Assembly: GCF_009914755.1 (NCBI RefSeq)
Contig: NC_060937.1
DNA: 64,000 bases
Reading direction: 5' to 3' (one strand)
Origin: the human T2T-CHM13v2.0 reference genome, Homo sapiens
The translations under genes and the position numbers were made by a program. Positions 57,001-64,000 of the stretch are shown one piece after another. A model generated the notes under the pieces. The model saw only the letters and a list, made by a program, of their open reading frames with translations. It made no database searches and had not been told where the DNA came from. Position 1 is the stretch's first letter; each line of letters starts with the position of its first letter.

Positions 57001-58093
57001 CATAGCCTAGGAGATACAGTATGGCCTGTTGTTTCTGGGCTACAAACCTGTACAGCGTGTGACTGTATGGAATACTGTAGTTAACTGCAGCATCATGAAA
57101 AGTATTTGTGATTCTAAAATAAACATATCTAAACAGAAATGATGCAGTTAAAAACACAGTATGAAAGACAAAAAGAGAAGGTATATCTGTACATGGCACT
57201 TACAACAGATGGAGCTTGTTGGACTGGAAGTTGCTCTGGGAGAGGCAGTGAGTGAGAGGTGGGTGAATGTGAAGGACTAGGACATGACTGTACCCTACTG
57301 CAGGCTTTATAAACTCCATACGCTTAGGCGACACTCAATTCATTTTTAAAATTTCTTTATTTAATAATAAATTAACCTTAGCTTATGATAACATTTTTGC
57401 TTTATAAATTCTTAAATTTTTAAAACTTTTAACTCTTTTGTAATAACAGCTTAAAATACACATTGTACAGCTGTACAAAAAGTATTTTCTTTTTTTATAT
57501 CCTTATTCTATGACCTTTTTTCACTTTTAAGATTTTTATTTTTTAGTTTTTAAACTGATTTGTTAAAAATGAAAACACAAACACACACATTAGCCTAGAC
57601 CTACACGGGGTCAGGGTCATCAATATCACCATCCTCCACCTCCACATCTTGTCCCACTGGAAGGTCTTCAGGGGCAGTATCCTGTATGGAGCTGTCATCT
57701 CCTGGGATAACAATGCTTTCCTCTGGATACCTCCTGAAGGACCTGCCTGAGGCTGCTTTACAGTGACTTTCTTTTTAATAAATAGTGGGAATACACTCTA
57801 AAATAACAATAAACCATGTAGTGTGGTAAATACATAAACCAGCAACTAACACAGTCATTTATTATTATCAAGTATTAGGCGCTGTATATATTAATAGCTG
57901 TATGTGCTAGACTTTTCCATGACTGACAGCACAGTGGGCTTGTTTACACCGACGTCACCACAAGCATGTGAGTTGTGCTACAATGGTGCAATGGCGGCAG
58001 CATCACTCAGTAATAGGAATTTTCAGGTCCATTAGAATCTTACGGCACCTCTGTTATGTATGTCATTATCATTATATGATGCATGACCATGTA
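57001..58093 (+). mobile_element. Tigger3b/MER7-like non-autonomous DNA transposon lacking its left end
   Basis: ggctacaaacctgtacagc, ggactggaagttgctctggg, gtcccactggaaggtcttcagggg, cctcctgaaggacctgcctgaggctg; decayed right TIR gcatgaccatgta. Confidence 0.9.
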
Positions 58094-58094
58094 A

Positions 58095-58250
58095 AGTAAC
58101 CCTAATCCTCACAATCCCTCAAGGTGAGCATTGTTCTTGCATTTTCGAGATGGGGAAGCTAAAACATAGAAGCCAGTAACTTGTCCAAGATGGTGCAGCT
58201 AGCAGGGGGTTACCGTGGATCCCCTGAGGGACAGTCTGACTTCTGCGTCC
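58095..58250 (-). mobile_element. MIR
   Basis: taatcctcacaatccc...cattttcgagatggggaagct...agtaacttgtccaag. Confidence 0.75.
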
Positions 58251-58666
58251 CCTTGTGTTCTTCCTAGGTCCCCTGCTGCCTTTCCCAAGACTGTCAGCAC
58301 CAGCTCCTCGGCACCACCACCGCCCACTGCTCTCAGGTTTCTTTGGTGCCTCTATCTCTGTCTGCTATGTGGCTCCATTTTTTTGTCTCCTTCCCTCAGA
58401 GGTGGGGTTTCCAAGGGTAGAATTCTGAAGTCAAATTTATCTATCTTCTTTACTACTGTTTTCTACAGTATTCCGTACAGTTGCTTGCTGTACAGGTTTG
58501 TAGCCCAGGACCAACAGTAGTAAAGAACAGTAGATTCTAGATAGATAACTCCTGGGCCTACCTTCACAATAATTTATATCTATAATTTATATTGTTTAAT
58601 TGGTGATTTCCAAAATCTCGACTGCCTTAAGTATCATTTCTGTTATTCTACTAGAAACATCCGGCT

Positions 58667-58879
58667 CAGGGATTCTCCGCCTTAACCCTATTGACATTTT
58701 GGGTCAGATGAGTCTTTGTGGTTGGGGTTGCCCTGTGCCTCACAGGACGTTTTCCCACTAGATATCAGTAGCACTCCCTGGCTCCAGATGGGACAACCAA
58801 AGTGTTTGCAGACATTCACAAATGTCCCTTGTGGGGTGGGGTAGGGGAGTGGTAAAATTGCCCTGCTTGAGAACTACTG
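58667..58879 (+). mobile_element. MER20 hAT-type DNA transposon
   Basis: cagggattctc...ctattgacattttggg...gacaaccaaa...cagacatt...aaatgtccc...ttgagaactactg. Confidence 0.9.
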
Positions 58880-60495
58880 AATTCTAACTGCATGTCCTGC
58901 CAGCCATTTGACCTAAATTAAATTCTTCCCCCAAATATCCCATTTTTCTCACTTCCTTATTTCTCTTTGTGGGTCTAATTTTTCCTCAGTCGTTCAAGCT
59001 CAACATGTCTGTGCTATGTCTGACTCAGCCCCCACCCCCCATCCTCCACACCCAACCCATCACTAAGACTCATAGCATTGACTTCTACTCCCAAGCCCCT
59101 CCTTCCCTTTCCTGTTTATCTTTTAGATTCTGGCCTCTGTGATCTCACATTAACGCCAATAGCTTTTTTCTGGTTTCCCTATCATTAATTCATCCTATCC
59201 AGTGATGATAGATAAGGTTTTCTCAAAGGTAGCTTGTAGTATGTTCCTTCTTTCATTAGAACCTTCAGTGTTTCCCAATGATAGACCAAATTAAGTACAA
59301 ATTGCTCACTCTTGCATTGCATTTCAGAGCCTCCACCATATGGCACCAACTCCCTTTCCAGTCTCAGTTCACACATCTCCTCTACAAGTACCAACAGGGT
59401 GGCTCACTGCTCATCAAAAGTGGGCTATGCATATGCCCTGATGCCTTTTTCTCATGCTGTTACCTCATTTGGTGAGTTCTCCTCCACAATGTTCCCCTAA
59501 AAAAGCTCACTCTTCTTTCAAAGCCAGTCTGATATTCCACAATATTTACAAATCATTTTTTTCTGGTTGACCCAACAGAATGTATTCACTTTCCCATCTG
59601 AATCTCTGCAGCTGTTCATACTGCCTCTTCTGTCAGGTTACACATCATCCCCTGGTATAGCCCGTGTAGTGTTAATAGTATCTGCTTTGCCAGATTGTAA
59701 TCTTAATGATGGCAGAACTATGGTCATATTCTTCTTCATACACTCTAGTATTTAGCACAGCTATATGCATTTTAGATGTTCTTAATTATTTGTCTAAATG
59801 AGTAATAACAGTGAACTTACCTGCTTACTATCTTAACACAGTTCCTCACCATACTTTTCTTAAATAATTGGTTTCTCAGCTGGTCTTTTGACTCATGTCT
59901 TTCCAACCCATTCTCTGCCTGGTACAAAAGTCACTTTCCAAACACAAGTCTGATCATGCTGACCCTGACTGAGAACTTGGAATGGCTCCCGTTGCCTAGA
60001 GGATGGGTGCAAACTCCTTGGTATGACACACAAAGCCCTCTGTATTCTGGCTACTGTGGTTTGTCTCAGCAGTCCTCCCTCCAACTGCATTCTTGCGACA
60101 TGCTAAGTTTCCAGTTCCAGCTGTCACGCTGCTCCTTTCCCCACATCTCCCATACCTTTGTTTGTACTGCTCCTTCTGCCAGGAATGCCTTCTGCCAAGA
60201 ATGCCACCTACAACAGCTGTTTACTTCTCACTACTATGCAAGGAGGGCCCTGGCCTTCCACACCGTGAGCCTCCTTCCAGGGGCATCCACTGGGCTCTGC
60301 ACGTACTCCTGCCACAGCTCCTGTAATATTTTGCTGTGTTGACTTTTCATGCCTGAATCCAGCTGCTCACAATGAGCACATAGAGCAAAATGGACTGTGT
60401 TTTATAGTCCTTTGCCTTTCAGATGCCTAGATAGTGCTGACAATGGAGGAAGCTAATGAAAACTATCTTGCCCAATGACTGATGAATGGATGAAT
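58880..60495 (+). mobile_element. L2 remnants (two 3' segments)
   Basis: L2-type pyrimidine-rich body; tails aaatgagtaa (~59800) and tgaatggatgaat (~60490). Confidence 0.65.
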
Positions 60496-60928
60496 CCAAA
60501 GCAGAAAACCAGTCTATTCTAGTCACCAACTAGAAGAGTTTGTTTCATAGATTATGTATGTCAGTGTTTAAAATGCCACCAACAAACTCTGTTTATTTTG
60601 TGAGACCTGAATGTCTGACATCATTAAGAGGAGAGATCAGCTGAGCGAGTCTATTAGCCAGTGTATTGCCATTTTCAGTTTTATATTTAAAAACTTTTAA
60701 AACCACATTAGATATTTCCCTGACTTGGTCAACAGGATATTCCGGAAATAATGTTACTCTCCTCCTATAATGGAATTATCATTATGAGAATACATTTCTA
60801 TATGAGTTTTAATTAATTTATGCCTACAGGTACCATAAAGAAATCACTCACTGCTGTTTATCTGTCTTTCTCTGTTTATCTGTTTATCTGTTGCCAGTTT
60901 ATCTGTCTTCCTCTCTGCTTCCAGTAAG

Positions 60929-61182
60929 TTTTGTTTTCTTTTCCTTTCCTTTCCTTTCCTTTCTTTTCTTTTCCTTTTTCGTTTCCCTTCCCTTCCCTTC
61001 CCTTCCCCTCCCCTCCCCTCCCCTTCCCTCCCCTCCCCTTTCTCTTTTTCTCTTTCTCTTTCTCTCTTTCTCCCTTTCTTTCTTTCTCTTTCTTTCTTTC
61101 TTTTCTTTCTTCCTTCCTTCCTTCCTTCCTTTCTTTCTTTCTTTCTTTTTTCTTCTCTCTTTCTTCCTTTCTTTCCTTTCCC
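60929..61182. repeat. Compound polypyrimidine microsatellite derived from an Alu tail
   Basis: Blocks of TTTCC, TTCCC, TCCCC, TTTC and TTCC; 60982-61182 contains no purine. Confidence 0.97.
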
Positions 61183-61460
61183 ACAAAGTTTTGCTCTGTT
61201 GCCCAAGCCAGAGCACACTGGCACAATCTCAGCTCACTTCAACCTCCGCCTCCCTGGCTCAAGGTATCCTCCCACCTCAGCCTCTGAAGTAGCTGGAACT
61301 ACAGGCATGTGCCACCATGCCCACCTAATTTTTGTAATTTTGGAGAGACAGGGTTTTGCCATATTGCCCAGGCTGGTCTCAAACTCCTGGGCTCAAGCTA
61401 TCTGCCTGCCTTGGCCTCCCAAAGTGCTGGGAATAGAGGCCCGAGCCACCATGCCCAGTC
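61183..61460 (-). mobile_element. AluJ (Jb-like)
   Basis: ggctcaag..atcctcccacctcagcc and gttttgccatattgcccaggctgg are J-type features. Confidence 0.94.
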
Positions 61461-61624
61461 ACAAGCAGGTCTTCTTCTTCATTCCTGTTAGGATATCTAC
61501 TTAAAGCTTCTCTCCACTTTGCCCTTGAACTACTTCTTGACACTTTACCTCTGTCCTGCATTAATCTTATGACTCAAGGGAGCTGTTAGGGAAACCAGAA
61601 AATCAAAGGTGTTAAATCACATAC

Positions 61625-61972
61625 TGTCTCAGCCTACTTGCACTGATGTAACAAAATGCTGTAAACTGGGTAGCTTATAAATAACGAGATTTGATTATTC
61701 TTAGCTCTGGAGGCTGTGATCGTGACCAAGGCACCTGCAGAGAACCCCCTTCCTAGCTCATAAGCATCCATCTTCTCGTTGTGTCCTCACATGGTGGAAG
61801 GAGTGAGGGGTCTCTCTGGGGTCTCTTTTGTGTGGGCACTAGTCTCATTCATAAGGGATCTGCCCTCATAACCTAATCACCTTTTAAAGGCCCCACCTTC
61901 AAATACCATCACATTAGAGAACTTGGCTTCAATATGTGAGCTTGTGGGGAACAAATCATTCAGTCTATAGCA
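61625..61972 (-). mobile_element. MLT1A-type solo LTR
   Basis: tgtctcag...gtgtcctcacatggtggaagg...cattcagtctatagca; TSD catac/cgtac. Confidence 0.9.
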
Positions 61973-62659
61973 CGTACCTAGTCAGACATTTATGAGTAGG
62001 TACTGTCCTGAGATGAGGATATTTCTGTCTTCTGAAAAAATATGTGTGAGCTGTATAGGAACTGATTTGTTTGTGTTGCAATGGCTGGTATGTGTATTTC
62101 TGGTTTAAGCTCTGATCCTAGTTCTTAATGCTGCCAGCAGCCTGACCATTTAGGGTTCACCTGCCATTGGAGAGAGGGAATTCAGCATGGTCAATGGAAG
62201 TTGTTTTACATTTACATTTTGTGGCCTAATCCTAAAGAGTTGGAGTGGAAAAACAGGTGAAGGACAAACCTTCAATTCGATATGCCTGGTTGAAAAGAGG
62301 TTGGAACTGAAATAATAGCAAAGATGTTGTAAAAAGCAAAACAAAACAAAACTTTCAAAATAGCATGAACAGAAGTTAACAGATTAGAGATGACCAAGAA
62401 TCTACAAAGGCAAATCTTGGAGTTATGAATAATGGAATACAAAAGGAAGTCTATACCTGTTGTAACTATCAAGGATGAAGTAAAAATGTAACTTCATCAT
62501 CTTGAAAACAATTGAAAAAAATGAATAATTACAATTAAGTCATAGTTGATATATATGGCATGCTTAACAAAATAACTCGCTTTCCAACGAAAAGAAATAT
62601 ACGTTCAGAGGAAGGAATCTATCCAAAAGAAAGATGCAACAAAGTTGAGACTGGAAGGA

Positions 62660-62960
62660 GTCATGGCAGGCCCTGGTCTCTGAATGGTGAGAACTAATAT
62701 TTACCAGGCCTGTACTATACGGCGGGCCCCATCTGGAGCAACTCAGGTGGGGTCCACATGTCTTATCCCTCAACAGCCTAGTTCAGACATGTCCTTCTGT
62801 GGCAATGGCATTGAGAAAGATTGCAAGTAGTAATGTGCAGGTGCGTTTTCAAGCCTCCGCTAGCATCCCATTGTTTATAGCAAGTCATAGGACCAGGACC
62901 AGGCCCAGAGTCAGAGTGGGTGGGCATGACAACATTACGTTCCTGAGGGTGTGACAGAGG
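62660..62960 (-). mobile_element. Old MLT1 (H-J-like) fragment
   Basis: ttttcaagcctccgct...agcaagtcat...gcccagagtcagagtggg. Confidence 0.55.
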
Positions 62961-64000
62961 GTGGGACAAAGAATGGCCCCTGTTGCAGCCTATCATGCTG
63001 TAGATGAGATCAGTTGGGTCACTTACAGAAGGTCATCAACTTCTCAGAGGCAGAGCCTGGATTCAAACTTAATCTTTCTGATCCAGCCCCTCCCAATCCA
63101 CAGCTCCAGGAACCAGGAGAGGTTACAGCCCACAGGAGAGCTCTTAATGTATCATACTATGAAAGCCTGCAAGTCGGTTGGTAAGCAAAGTGTCAAAGAA
63201 CGTGTGGGAACAATGTGATTTTAAAGAGGTGGAGCAGAAAGTCCAATTAAAAAAGAAAAGTAGAAGAAATTAAAACCAAATGTAAGACCTTAGAGATAAA
63301 GTCATCATGATAGCACAGCTTGTGAAGCACAGGCTTCTAATTTTGCAAAAGAACAAAAGCGATCTGGCAGGAGAGTAAATCATTTTATGAAAGTAATAAA
63401 AAGAGGAATGAGATAAGGGCAAAAATCTGAGTTTACAGCATTTATATTTCAAATGTTATTAATTTGTTGTGTCTAGATTTTATTTCGCATTAGGTTAGGA
63501 GAAGTCTTGAAAATGTTCATGAGGTAAATAGATTTTAGAGAACAAAATGCTATACAATGGACCTTCTTGACATTCACTAACAAAAATGCACTTTGCAAAT
63601 TATAAACCCCTTTGGAAATCTGGGGAATTTTTATAATAGCAGAGCCAACCATCTTTCTTGAATGAACTAGACTAGGCAGTTGACCTGAGGCACCTTCTGT
63701 TTCAGGATGTTACATGCCTTTGAAGGAAAGAAAATAGCTAAGTTAAATACATATATTCGATGACTACTTTCTTAAAAGTAATCCTGATTTTCCATTAGAG
63801 TAGTATTAGGGATGAACAAAGTTCAAAGCCAAAGGAAGTCTTTAGTGTGTTAATTTGTTTAAAGTAGATTCTTTCTGAAGAACCTACTAAGGCTATTGCA
63901 GCCACATTCAGCTTCAACACAGAATCAAGTGAACAGGTAACATTGTTCATAGCTGATGAGTGACTCTGAATTTAATTTTATTCTCTGGCTAACTTCTAAC

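Noticed and set aside
60844-61292. Several 105-133 aa K/R/E-rich or F/S/L/P-rich ORFs
   Set aside because: Translations of the polypyrimidine microsatellite and the Alu, which lack stop codons by composition.

Overview
Primate (human-like) AT-rich non-coding genomic DNA, intergenic or deep intronic. I see no protein-coding exon, RNA gene, CpG island or prokaryotic system. The ORFs in the track are explained by repeats or chance. A large part of the window is interspersed repeat: 14 Alu-family copies (FLAM, AluJ, AluS, AluY-like), two 5'-truncated L1PA 3' ends with target-site duplications (TSDs), old L1M/HAL1, L2, L3 and MIR remnants, MaLR LTRs (THE1, MST, MLT1), ERVL MLT2 LTRs and DNA transposons (Tigger3b-like, Tigger13-like, MER20). 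Subfamily names come from recalled consensus features, not an alignment, and most boundaries of old elements are approximate. The most interesting observations are small in scale: apparent templated or fold-back insertion scars (58437-58548, 31718-31757), an internally collapsed young mini-Alu with intact TSD, closely spaced inverted Alu pairs, an internally deleted THE1 element, a possible pair of + strand lncRNA exons (34143-34940) and several motif-dense unique blocks that may be enhancers or CTCF sites. I found no convincing evidence of a new biological system.
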